A model generated the notes under the pieces. It saw nothing but the letters and a program-made list of their open reading frames with translations, was not told the DNA's origin and searched no databases. From the NCBI RefSeq assembly GCF_001194135.2, contig NC_068984.1:15712570-15776569 (forward strand): a DNA stretch of 64,000 nucleotides. The letters run 5' to 3'. The DNA is from Octopus bimaculoides. Lineage: Eukaryota. This document shows positions 50,251 through 62,820 of the stretch, piece by piece. Position 1 is the first letter of the stretch. The number at the start of each line of letters is the position of its first letter. A program made the translations under genes and the position numbers.

Positions 50251-53200
50251 CATGGGCATATTAGTATTGGAATAAATGTTTTGCAGCATTTGTTCTGGCT
50301 CTTCACATTCTGAATTCCAATCCTGCCAAGTGCAACTTGACTGGTCATCTTTACATCTAGTCAAGTACTGGGGACAATGGATTAATACCCACTTCTCTAA
50401 ATTTCAAGACTTGTACCTATACTAGAATCCTCCAATGCCCTCTCCCCTCTCAAACATCCCTTGCCTTGCAAAGTTACTTGGTGACCCTGCCAGTGCAGGT
50501 ACCGCTTAAAAAGCTTCCAGTCCATACTGTAAAGTAGTTGGCATTTGGAAGGGCATTCAGCTGTAAAAAACCATGCCAAAATTGACCTTGTCTATGTTGG
50601 TGCCATGTAAAAAGCATTCAGCTCACTCTGCAGAGTGGTTGGTGTTAGGAAGGGCATCCAGCCATAAAAAACCATGCCAGAACAGACACAGAGGTATGGT
50701 GCAGGCTTCTGCTTGTCCACCTCCTGTCAAACCATCCACCCATGCCAGCATGGAAGGAGGATGGCACCTGTGCCCTGGCACGTGTAAGGACATTCAAGCG
50801 AGATCGTTGCCAGTGCTGCTGGACTGGCTGCCGTGCAGGCGGCATGTAAAAGACACCATTTTGAGTGTGGCCATTGCCAGTACCACTTGACTGGCCTTCG
50901 TGCCGGTGGCACGTAAAAGCACCCACTACACTCTCGGAGTGGTTGGCGTTAGGAAAGGCATCCAGCTGTAGAAACTCTGCCAGATCAGATTGGAGCCTGG
51001 TGTCGCCTCCTGGTCCACCAGTCCTCAGTCAAATCGTCCAACCCATGCTAGCATGGAAAGTGGACGTTAAACGATGATGATGATTATTATTATTATTATT
51101 ATTTGAGAAGTGAGCTGGCAGAATCATTGCCACACCGGGCAAAATGCTTAGTGGTAATTCATCTACCTTTATGTTCTGAGTTCAAATTCCACTAAAGTCA
51201 ACTTTGCCTTTCATCATTTCGGGATTGATGACATAAGTACCCGTTGCACACTTTGTTGATGCTATCGAGTTACCCCTTCCCCCTTCAGACCGTGTGCCTA
51301 TAATAGAAAAAGATTATTATTTAAGGCAGGAAAAGTGCTTAGTGACATAATTCTACCAAAATCTACTTTGGCTTTCAGGTTTGCAAAAATTAGTACCAAT
51401 TGAGAACTGGGGTCAATGTAATCAACTTATCTCCTCCCCCAAAATTTCTGGCTTTGTGCCAAAATTTGAAATCATTATTATTATTATTTAGTGCATTGGC
51501 CAAAATACTTAACAGGATTCACTCCAGTTAGCATTGTGAGTTCAGGTTTTGCCAAAGTCCACTTTGCCTTTCATCCTCTGTGTGTGTGTGGTAGTGACCC
51601 CCTTCGGTCATGAATGACAATGGGATGCACCTAGAAAGTTACCCTCCAAGGCAAAAGTCCAGGCAAGGTTGTTTATGGAAGACCAGCAGTCGCCCATGCA
51701 TACCAGCCTCCCCTCTCCATGCCAATGGGAAACGCAAAAGCCAATACAGCTTGGCACCAGTGATGTTGCAACTCATTTCTGCAGCTGAGTGAACAGGAGC
51801 AACATGAAATGAAGTGCCTTGCTCAAGAACACAACATACAGTCTGGTCTGGGAATCGAACTCCTTCATGATCGTAAGTTCGACACACTAAACACTGAGCC
51901 ATGCGCCTTCACATGTGTGTGTGTGCAGCCTAGCTAAATGATTAAGAGGTTTACTACAATCACCAGGTCCTGGATTTGATCCCACTGCATGGCATCTTGG
52001 GTGAAGCCTCTGATGAACCCTAACCTTGTGAATGAAAGAGGATGAATGGGATCTGTGCAGGAGACCATTGGACGGGTGGCACTTAAAATTCAAATGTATA
52101 ACTTTGTTTCACCAATTCCCCTGATGGTTGACTACATGAAAATATAAAGTCTGTGGTATACTCAGCCACTTATAATATGCTAATTCAATGAGTAAGAAAT
52201 TCAGTTAATTAAACAACTGAACACTCATTGTCACAATTGTTGACATATATGTGCATGAGTATATGTTTAACTTTATGTCTGCAAGTTTCTCTTTAATTCA
52301 GTTACTTTACATGGTATGCCAGATCTAAATATAAAATTCTGACTGTTCTACTTATTCTTCTCTACAAATGAATATTTTGTCTTAGAGTATGTCAAATATG
52401 CAAACTGTTCATTTAAGTTCCTGTAGAAACCGCTTGACCAAATTATTTAAATAACATACAATAATGCTACTGTTTTTTCATCAATTCACACAGTATTGTA
52501 ATGTTTTTAATTTATGATTGAAACTACATTCTTTTGTAATAAATTAGGTGCTGGCTACTATTTTAGAATATATATGTGTGTGTGTGTGTATGTGTGTACA
52601 TATATGTCTGTATATTCGTGTGTGTTGTATATATATATTTGTGTGTACATGTATATGTATATGTGTGCACATATGTATATATATACATATATAACTGTGT
52701 AAGAATTACTTTTTTACTGGAAAGTTGGTAGTAATGTAAGCAAAAGATAAAACCTAGCAAAAGAATAAACCTAGTTGTGTTTATTGTTTATTTAATGTCA
52801 GGTAATTTGTTTCATTTTCTTTTTTTTTTCATCATAGGATTAATTCAAACTGGGAGTTATTGAAACAAAATTTTACAACTGTATCATCTCCCTGTTGCCA
52901 ATTATTACTTGTTTTCAAGTAAGAGATTAGAGATTATTGTCTTGATATTAAAATACATCTGCAATAATATTACTCGATATATTTTTTAAGATAAGTCAAA
53001 TAGATGTAAGCATGGCTGTGTGGTAAGAGGTTTGTTTCCTAACCACATGCATCCAGGTTCAGTCTCACTGTTTGGCATCTTGGGCAGGTGTCTTGTACTA
53101 CAGCCTCAGGCCAACCAAAGCTTTGCAAGTAGATTTGATAGATGGAAAATGAAAGAAGCCCATTGTGTGTCTGCATGCATATGCACACACACACACACAC

Positions 53201-53361
53201 ACACGATGGGCTTCTTTCAGTGTGTGTGCCCCACCCACATGGTTCTGGGTTCAGTCCCACTGCATTGGACCTGGGCAAGTGTCTTCTACTATAGCCTCAG
53301 GCCAACCAAAGGCTTGTGAGTAGATTTGGTAGATGAAAACTGAAAGAAGCCCATTGTGTGT

Positions 53362-53419
<58 letters not shown>

Positions 53420-53948
53420 TTGTCCCCACACCATCGCTTGACAGCTGATGTTGGTGTGTTTACATCCACATAACTTAGCGGTTTGACAAATTAGACCAGT
53501 GAAACACTGGGGTTGATGTAATCAAGAATCCCCCTCCCCCAAATCTCAGGCCTTGTGCCTATAGTAGAAAGGATTATTATTATTATTAAAGCAGGGAGCT
53601 GACAGAATTGTTAGCATGCCAAGTAAAATGCTTAGTGGTGTTTCTTCTGCTGCTACGTTCTGAATTCAAATTCTGCCAAAGTTGACTTTGCCTTTCATCC
53701 TTTCAGGGTTGATAAATTAAGTACCAGTGAAACACTGGGGGTCACTGTAATCAGCATTCCTGCTGTCTTTGTTTTTCAGATACAGTGGTGGGGAGGGGAC
53801 TAGTTGATCACAGCGACCCTAGTGTTTCACTGGTACTTGCCCAAGATGCCGCACAGTGGCACCTTGGGCAAGTGCCTTCTACTATAGCCTCTGGCCGACC
53901 GAAGCCTTGTGAGTAGATTTGATAGATGAAAACTGAAAGAAGACCACC

Positions 53949-53986
<38 letters not shown>

Positions 53987-56237
53987 GTGTATGTCTTTGT
54001 GTTTGTCTCCGCACCATCACTTGACAACTGATGCCAGCGTGTTTACGTCCCTGTAACTTAGCGGTTTGGCAAAAGAGACTGATTGAATAAAAACTATGCT
54101 TCCAAAGGATAAGTCCTGGGGGCGATTTCTTTGACTAAAACCCTTTAAGGTGGTGCTCCAGTTTGGCCATGGCCAAATGACTGAAACGTAAAAGAAAAAA
54201 ATAAATACTGAGGTCGATTCAATTGACCAAAATTCTTTGCCTTTCCCTTGGATAAAATTGGTGGCATGGAGAGGGGGAGGCTGGTATGCATGGGCAACTG
54301 CTGGTCTTCCATAAACATCCTTGTCCAAACTTGTGCTTCAGAGGGGAACTTTTTAGGTGCAATCCCATGGTCATTCATGACCAAAGGGGGTCTTTATCCT
54401 GTACAATTTGTATGTTGTCAGTTAAACTTATAATTTATACATCTACTCAGTGTTCACTTAATAAAATCACCTGCCAGTGTTTTAATGAAATATAAAGATA
54501 TTGAAAGCACCGTAGCAGCTCATCGCCATTGAGTCATATACCAGGGGAATGGACAAACACAGAGGGAGAGAGCGGAGGAGATCCACTTTCAGTTATATCA
54601 GTAGATAATATAATGTAAATTTTATGTTACATATTACATTCTACATTCTTTTGGGGTAATAAAATTGGCTTTTCTTTTCAACCAATTTTAATAAACTATG
54701 TTAGTATTAACTATTTAATGTATGGAGCATTAAAATGCTAAACTGATATTGATATTTTATCAGAAGGGTTGGGGGGGAAAAATGGAATAGGCAGTGACTA
54801 ATAAATTTTTTTTCATTTTAAGAGCAAATGTGGAGGACAACTTAGGACATGTTCTTCTGTTATTCTGATCTCCTCAAACAGGCATAACATTCATTTTGTA
54901 ATCCTTTTATTATGTGTGAAAAATCTTTGTCACTTGATAAAACAGGTACAAGTAGATTATGTCTAATTAACTGAAATATGTCCTTAGTTGTCCTTTATAC
55001 ACAAAGATCAAAATATCTTTCTCCTTAGCACATAAATTAGGGTGGCAAACCAGCAGAAATGTTAGTACATTGGACAAAATATTTAATGATATTTCTTTCC
55101 ATTTTACATTCTGATTTCAAATCTGGTAACATTATATATCAACAATCTTATTCATAGCCAATAAAGTTTTTTCACTTCTAGTTACTGAAAGCCAAAAATT
55201 GCTTGGCTAAAAAGCTTGCTTTGTAACCACATGGTTTCCAGTTCAGTCCCACTGTGTAGTACCTTGGACAGATATCTTCTTCTATAGCCCCAGGCTGACC
55301 AATGTCTTGTGAGTGAATTTGGTTGATGGAAACTCTAGAAGCTCATCATATATGTGTGTGTGTGTGTGCGTCTTTGTGGTTGTTCTCTCACTGTTACTGA
55401 TGGGTTTTTGTGTCCTTGTAACTTAGTCCGTTGTTCACCTTTGCTGAACCGCTAAGTACCAGACTTAAAAGTAAGAACTGAGGTTGATTTGGTTCAACTA
55501 CACCCTTTAATGCGGTAACCCAACATGGCCACAGTTCAATGACAGAAACAAGAAAAAGATAGAAGACAAAAGAAGAACAATTAACCCTCATTATCCTCAT
55601 TGCTCTTCCCTCATTAAAACTTCTATATTTATTACCGGAATCCCTCAGACCCTGAGGCATCTAATTCATCCTTTTGTCCCATTGAAATTATTTCTCATTG
55701 CTGTCCTTCACCTTATTGCTTAGATTATCAATAAAGTAATACTAAGTTATAAGCTTTCTCTATAACTGACACCAACCGCTCCAGCCAGCAGATATAATTT
55801 TTACTTGTCCTGTTGCTATAGTTACTAAAGCTGTCATGAATGTGATAAGGTCACAAGCACTCAATAATTGCTATGATTATTAAGAGAGGAAAAAATACAT
55901 TTCCAATGTAATTACAAAGTATTAGTATTAATTATACATGCAACTATCTTTTTTATCTTTTACTTGTTTCAAAGTGTTTCATCTTTTATTTGTTTAATTT
56001 TTTATTTGTTTAATCTTTTACTTGTTTGATCTTTTATTTGTTTCAGTGTGAAAGGTTTTTAGTCAAAGAAATTGGCCCCAAAGCTTACTATTCATATAAA
56101 GTTTGCTATTTAATCTATTGGTCTGTTACACTGAACCGCTAGATTACGAGATTATAGGGATATAAACAAACCAACACCAGTCATCAAGCAGTGCATTAGG
56201 AATACACACACACATGGTGGGCTTCTACACAGGTTCT

Positions 56238-56457
56238 TATTTCTTTATTGCCCACAAGGGGCTAAACATAGAGGGGACAAACAAAGGTATTAAGTCGATT
56301 ACATCGACCCCAATGTGTAACTGGTACTTTATTTATTGACCCTGAAAGGATGAAAGGCAAAGTCGAACTCGGCGGAATTTGAACGCAGAACATAACAGCA
56401 GATGAAATACCGCTAAGCATTTCGCCCGGCGTGCTAACATTTCTGCCAGTTCGCAGT
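56238..56457 (-). mobile_element. SINE family E, nested in a family A SINE
   Basis: 16-bp TSD cttctacacaggttct. Confidence 0.8.
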
Positions 56458-56904
56458 CTTCTACACAGGTTCTGCCTACCAAATCCACTCAGAAAGCATT
56501 GTTTGGTCTGGGGCTATAGTAGAGGACACTTGCTTAAGGTGCTGTATAGTGGGATTGAACTTAATACCATTTGGTTGCAAAATGAGCTTCTTAACCACAC
56601 ATATCTGTTCCTATTAGCAACATATTTTTGTCTTCATTCTATTTGAACATATGACGAGCACTTCACCTGTAAAACCAAAATTTATCAGATAATTATTTGA
56701 TTTATCTGCGTTTATTGATTCATCTAGTGTTATCATGTCCATAAAAGCTTTTTCATGTTTCTCTAGATAAGTTTTCAGCTGAATTATCTGTGATATTTAT
56801 ATTTATTTGTAACATCATATGAAGAGGCTATATCCATGTCAAGTCCAAATAAAGTGAAAAAAACCCCACCAAACTGATTCTTCAATTCACCTTGTGCCTT
56901 GTGA

Positions 56905-57551
56905 GGGGTGTGAAGGTCACCTAGAGCATGACTGTCCTGGGCGGTTGATCCGCAAAATTGCGGGTCAGACAGCAACACGGTATCAACTGCGTCGCTCACG
57001 CGGTTCGGGACGCCGCTGAGACGAAGGCCTTTCGATCACACCGCCACTTCGCCAGTGTCGGCCGGCTCTTCGATCACGTGCTTCCTTCTCACTGCCACGA
57101 CTCACTCGACTGCCTCCGTGAGCGTGCGTAACACACGGACACACACACTTGTGGTCAGTATCACTGCCGAGATGATGGCCTTTCGATCACACCGATGGCG
57201 TGTAGGCGTGGGCGAGGAAGAAACCGAATGGCCGATGGCGAGAGGACAAACGGAACAGTGGCTGCCGGCGGGCGAGCGAGCGGATCTGTCGCGGCGCGAG
57301 GCATGGAACGACGGCGACAGCAAGGGCAAGGGCGCTCACTCCAGGGCGAGCGGGTGGTCGGTGGAAGAATCGGGGACGCGTCGGCCATGTAGAGTCGATC
57401 GCGTGGCGGGTTACAAGGGTCCAACCATCGGCAGAAAGGAAAGGCGAAAACATCCCTTTGAATTGGAGAACCCATCCAATCAACGACTACCCTACATAGT
57501 AGTCTGAGCCCCCTTGGGGTGTGAGGGTCACCTAGAGCATGACTGTCCCGG
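56905..57551. mobile_element. CpG-rich element bounded by 36-bp direct repeats, class unknown
   Basis: ggggtgtga(a/g)ggtcacctagagcatgactgtcc(t/c)gg at 56905-56940 and 57516-57551. Confidence 0.6.
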
Positions 57552-59390
57552 ATTTTTAATTCAGTCGCTCATCACCATTATCTATCCCTTGCAGCACCTG
57601 TTGCTTATTTCCTCTTTCTCTCCTTTTCCCTCACTAGCTGTGAGTAACCATGCACATTCTCTACAAGAACTGGCACTGCCCCCACCATTCTCATAGTTCA
57701 ATCTCTCATTCACTAGTATAGAGGATGTTGTGCAAAGTGCATAGCAACCTCTGTAGTGTAGTTTGGTACAAAGAAAGCACCCAGTCTCTGCTGTAAAGTG
57801 GTTGGCATTAGGAAGGACATCCAGCAGTAGAAACTATACCAAAGCAGACACTAGAGCATGGTGCAGTCCTTGGATACATCAGATTCCTGTCAAACTGTCC
57901 AAACCCTACCAGTATGGAACATCATCATCATCATCATTTAACATCTGTTTTCCATGCTGTCATGCATTGGATGGCTTGACAGGAACTGGCAAAGTCGGGC
58001 AGCAGCATGTTCCATAATCCGTTTTGGCTTGGTTTCTACAGCTGGATGCCCTTCCTAGTGCTAACCCCTTTACAGGGTGTACTGGATGCTTTTTATGTGG
58101 TGCCATCCCCCACACCAATGCTTTTTTATGTGGTACCTTGGTTTTAGGATTTCAATTCTGTTGTGGTAGACAGGTCTTCTTAAGTACACAGACATTAAAT
58201 GATGACTATGACAGGCTTCTTTCAGTTTCCATCTGCCAAATCCACTCACAAAGCTTTGGTCTGCTCAGAGCTATAGTAGAAAACATTTTCCCAAGGTGCC
58301 ATACAGTGGATTGACTTGAAATCATTTGGTTGGGAAACAAACTTCTAAAACACACACACACACACTTTATATATTATATTTTGGATGAATTTTAAAGGAA
58401 CCAGTCTTAAAATATCTTACTGGATAAATTCTAATTCAGTGACAATAAATTGTGCTGGTATCTCATATTAATTTTTCCAAAATTTAGCAATTTTTTCCCC
58501 CTAAAATAAATTATCAACCAAAATACTTTAAAATTAAGATGAACACTGAAAAATGTGTAAAAAAGATATTGGTTGAATGAAAACATTTTTATATCGTTTG
58601 TTTATATCTATCTTTGAAGACATTTTATATACTGCCTGTTTATACCTATCTGCTTGAATAAAATGTTAAATGAAAAAATTATTGTTCGTTTTTAATTCAT
58701 TTTGGAGCAATATTATAATTAATCTGATTCATATTTATGTATAACTATGAATTGTATGTATGCATGCTCACCCCAAATCCAGAAACTATAAAAAAAAAAA
58801 AAAGCTACAGCTCAAAACCATATATTACAGTGAGTTGGCAGAATCATTCACATGCCAGATGAAATGCTTAGCAGTATTTCGTCTGCTACTATGTTCTGAG
58901 TTCAAATTCCACCAAGGTCGATTTTGCCTCTCATCCTTTTATTGAGTACTGGGGTCGATGTAATCGACTATCTCCCTCTCCCAGTTTCAGGCCTTGTGCC
59001 TATAGTAGAAAGGACTATTATTGTTATCAATAATATTAATATGCCAACTTGTTATTTTTGTATGTACCTGTGGTGTGTGTCACATTTACTTCAAAGAAAG
59101 AAGTGAGTGGCAAAGCGAGAGAGGAAGTAAGAGAGAAAGAGAGAGAGTGAAAGAGACAGTGAGTGGTGATGGCGTTTGTTTTGTGTTTTTAAATGTTTAT
59201 CACATCACAAGAAAAGTTGATACATGGGTACATACATACATTGTTGAAAGCGGGAGAGAAGAGGGACACAGAGGAAGTGAAAGAGACAGTAAATACATAG
59301 ATTGAAAGAAAAGTCGATACATGGATACATAGACACATTGTTAAATCAAAGACAAATAACTACAGAAAATATTGGATGTCGCTTTCACAG

Positions 59391-59447
59391 ATCTGGAGGC
59401 CAAGCCCTCAGATAAACACCATGGCGCAAGCTGTTATCAAACTGAGT
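59391..59447 (+). CDS. Probable start-codon exon of a second gene (5'UTR + MAQAVIKLS)
   Basis: tttcacag| acceptor, aacaccATGG Kozak context (ATG at 59421), 9 codons, then |gtgagt donor; possible upstream donor aaagaa|gtgagt at 59102. Confidence 0.45.
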
Positions 59448-60419
59448 GTGAGTCGAGGGTGAATATACAACGGAATAGCAATTATTTCGTCTTAGCTTTC
59501 ACTGCTTATACTAAACACACGACATTTTTGCCTCACGATATGGAACATTTCCTTTTCTTTCACTCTTTTTTAAAAAATGGCACTTTGTTGGCTACGATGA
59601 CGAAGTTCCTGTTTATCTGATCCAAGGAACAGTCTGCTCATAAAATTAATGCACAAGTGGCTGACTACTCCACAGACATGCATACCATAATGTAAGTTCT
59701 CAGGGAGATTCAGCCTCACACAAAATGTGACAAGGCTGGCCCCTTTGAATTACAGCTACAACTCATTTTTACTAGTTGAGTGGACTGCAACAAGGTGAAG
59801 TAGAGTACCTTGTTCAAAAACACAGCGCGCCGCAGGAGCCGTACTCATGACTTTACGAGCGTGGGCTGAATACCTCTAACCACTGAGCCACGCACCTTCA
59901 CTCTCAACTGTAGAGAAGAGGAGTGAAGCAATAGAGACAGAGAAAGGAAAGCCTCAGTCATTTACAATGACAATTAGACTGAAATACGATCTTTTGTAGC
60001 TTCCTTACTTTTAACAATGAAGAATAGAGAAAGACATTTAGTAATGAATAGAGGGAAAGTCTTTCAGGTGTTTACTTTTTATTCTAGAACAATCGAGTGT
60101 TAGTTCTGTCTTCTTTCTCTCAATCCCGGTACTTATTCACCGTCTTTCATAGTTCTTCATCTCTTTTAGTGTGGGTGAGGAGATCATGTCTATTTCAGGT
60201 ACATTTAACGTTTTCTTGACAAACTGCAAACAAGCCGCACTCCCTTCTTATTTTTTTTTCCATACAAAAGTTAGTGTAAATTTTGAATGGAGTATAGCTG
60301 TGAAAGAGCCCAGAAAATTGGGTAATACACCCTACAAAATGGGTGGAGGAGAAAAGTTGGCAACAGGCGTCTACATGTACAAATTTCTAAGCTAAATAAC
60401 AGAAAATAACACATACCTT

Positions 60420-60960
60420 AAGATCCTTCATTCTTGTGTTCCTCGCTTCTTGTACTTGATAGTAGAAAGGGTGGAAAATCCCAATTCACATAGATATGAA
60501 GTTGAAAATTGCAGCAAAATCGTAACATATTCATCTTTTACAAAAATCCAGAGAGCTTCAAGTGACAATTCCTAGTGTTTCATCATTAATCTATGGTCAG
60601 TAGATATAGCAGCAAGTTCCTTTTCTATCAATGTTAATTAGAAATCATTGGAAGTTTCCACGAATGGGTTTCTGATCCAGTCATATTGTTCAGTTTTCAG
60701 TGATGGGAAATACGAACTCAATTTTTCTTCTAAACTTGCTAAATGCTCAACTATTAACAGGAGTGTTTCATTTATGCCTGTTTCACTTTGACTTAACAAA
60801 GGAAACATTTCCAAATTCCCTTTGACAGCTTTTCGTTTCCAAATCTTAAGTTTTCTTTGGAAAGCTTTCATTTTGTCAGTGGACATTAGAATGTTTTCTT
60901 CTTTCCCTTGCATGCTAGTATTTCAAATATTGATCTGCTGAAATATATTGGCCAAATGTT
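60420..60960 (-). mobile_element. hAT (Buster/Charlie-like) transposase remnant
   Basis: QGKEENILMSTDKMKAFQRKLKIWKRK...HLASLEEKLSSYFP...DWIRNPF, like the FAM200/ZBED8 C-terminal region; decayed downstream. Confidence 0.75.
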
Positions 60961-61006
60961 GTAACCTGGCAATCCAAAACTGAAAGAAGTCCGTCATATA
61001 TATATA

Positions 61007-62068
61007 TGTAGTGAAACTACCTATCGTCACTAGATACAAAACTACCTATCGCCATTAGATACAAAACTGCTATCGCCATTCTTCTCATTTAAATATAAAC
61101 AACGCGAACGTAGGGGAAAACACCAGCCTTGTCATCACGTGACTGATTATTATTTGAAGCGGCAAATTCTGCGAACCTTTCCCGCCAGAACGCAAACTGA
61201 CCAATCAAGGCCCCTAATAAGGTCACGTGATAGAGTATTAAACTGAAGCCATCGGGAGCCAATAGTTTGTTATAAATAGCTTTAACTCGGCAGCAACAAT
61301 TAGCCAGCGACCACTTCAACAGCTTCGTCCAACCAACGATGACCACCGCCGTCGCCATATCAGCAACACGTTTCTACGACTACTATCCAGCAACATCGTC
61401 ATGACCAACACGATTACTACCAAGCAGCCTCTACACCACCAGCGTCAACACGACTTACTATGTACACCAAACCACCGCGGCACCTCTCTCTCTTCGATTC
61501 TGTTAGGTGACTTAGCTTCACCACGNNNNNNNNNNNNNNNNNNNNNNNNNNNNNNNNNNNNNNNNNNNNNNNNNNNNNNNNNNNNNNNNCTGCCAAACGA
61601 CGAACATCTGTATAACAAAAATCACGGCCCGGCATCACAACTAGTGATCAGCTCTGCCACACTCAGCCTCCCCAACTTCACATACAGAACTTTTTCTAGA
61701 GTGTACTAAAGAACTGGTATAATTGCTCACGTGTTATTGACTCTCTTTCCATCTGCTGTAATAACTCACATACACACTTTTCTTTGTATGACGGCCTGTC
61801 TTTGATTATGTTATTATATGTCGCATTCACACTCTCACACAGGCATACATCTTTAACGCCATAATAAATATCTCTGTTATTCATCTAATACGGTTGTGGT
61901 CTTTCATTACTGGTCATCTATGTTATCGTCGTATAACATATCATGTATATCATCAAAGATATATTATTGTGTGTTCGACCGTGCGACGCGTATAAATAAA
62001 AGGAGTCCTCTATTTTTCCATTCGTCACCATTTCTCCTTTTTGAGTTCGCACGGTCGTTCCTTACACA
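61007..62068 (+). mobile_element. Solo LTR inserted in the (TA)n tract of a SINE
   Basis: TGTA...CACA ends flanked by TA repeats; CCAAT and TATAAATA motifs; AATAAA near the 3' end; host SINE halves at about 60970-61006 and 62069-62280. Confidence 0.6.
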
Positions 62069-62290
62069 TATATATATATATATATATAGGTATGTGTGTT
62101 TGTGCCTGTGTTTGTCCCCACCACCATTTTTGATAATCGTTGCTGGTGTGTTTCCATTCCCATAACTTAGCTGTTCGGCAGAAGAGCCTGATAGAATAAG
62201 CACCAGGGTTGATTTCTTTGACTAAAGGGCAGTGATTCAGCATGGCCACTGTCAAATGACAAAAACAAGTAAAAGAAGAACGTTCTGTAC

Positions 62291-62788
62291 TGTAGCACTA
62301 AACCAAGAAGGTTCTTTGAATATGTACGAAGTATTTTAAGGCTAAATAGTAATCCTGTTTACGTTTGCGTAACTGAGATATTTTGGTTGGATTATATAGT
62401 TATCAGTTTTACACTTCTTTGTATATTCTGTACCTGTCACAATATAGAAACATTTCTCATGGCACCAGCACACAATTTACAGATGTTTATGTGGTGTGTG
62501 CGTACGAGTAGATGTAATCGCCTTACCTCGGTTTTCCTTTCCTCGACTGCGAGTCCGTCTTGCGGTATCCGATCCTCGAAGCTTGCCCCGACCCAAGGTA
62601 CACCAGGTATAGCAGCTGCTTCTCTCAAACCTTCCCAAAGCTAGGCCGTCGCTTAACACGTCTTGTCCTGACCGCAGCCCCATTCGAAAAAGGGCACGAA
62701 CGCCGATCGAGGCTCCCTCTGCGCTGTTTCCCCTTCCGGTCAACTCGCCCTTCCGGTCAGCCTCCCCAGACACTGACGTCATACCACA
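62291..62788 (-). mobile_element. Probable 3' LTR of the Gypsy element
   Basis: Follows the pol stop and purine-rich cagggtggcg; begins TGTGGTA and ends GTGCTACA on the minus strand. Confidence 0.55.
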
Positions 62789-62820
62789 CGCCACCCTGAT
62801 CTTAAAGCTCACGTTCACCC

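Noticed and set aside
57055-57507. GC-rich ORFs of 98-150 aa in several frames
   Set aside because: Expected from low stop-codon frequency in GC-rich repeat DNA; no domain motifs.
60171-60199. Candidate next exon for MAQAVIKLS (ttttag|TGTGGG...TTTCAG|gtacat)
   Set aside because: In phase 0 it reads CG* immediately, which is incompatible with the gtgagt donor at 59448.
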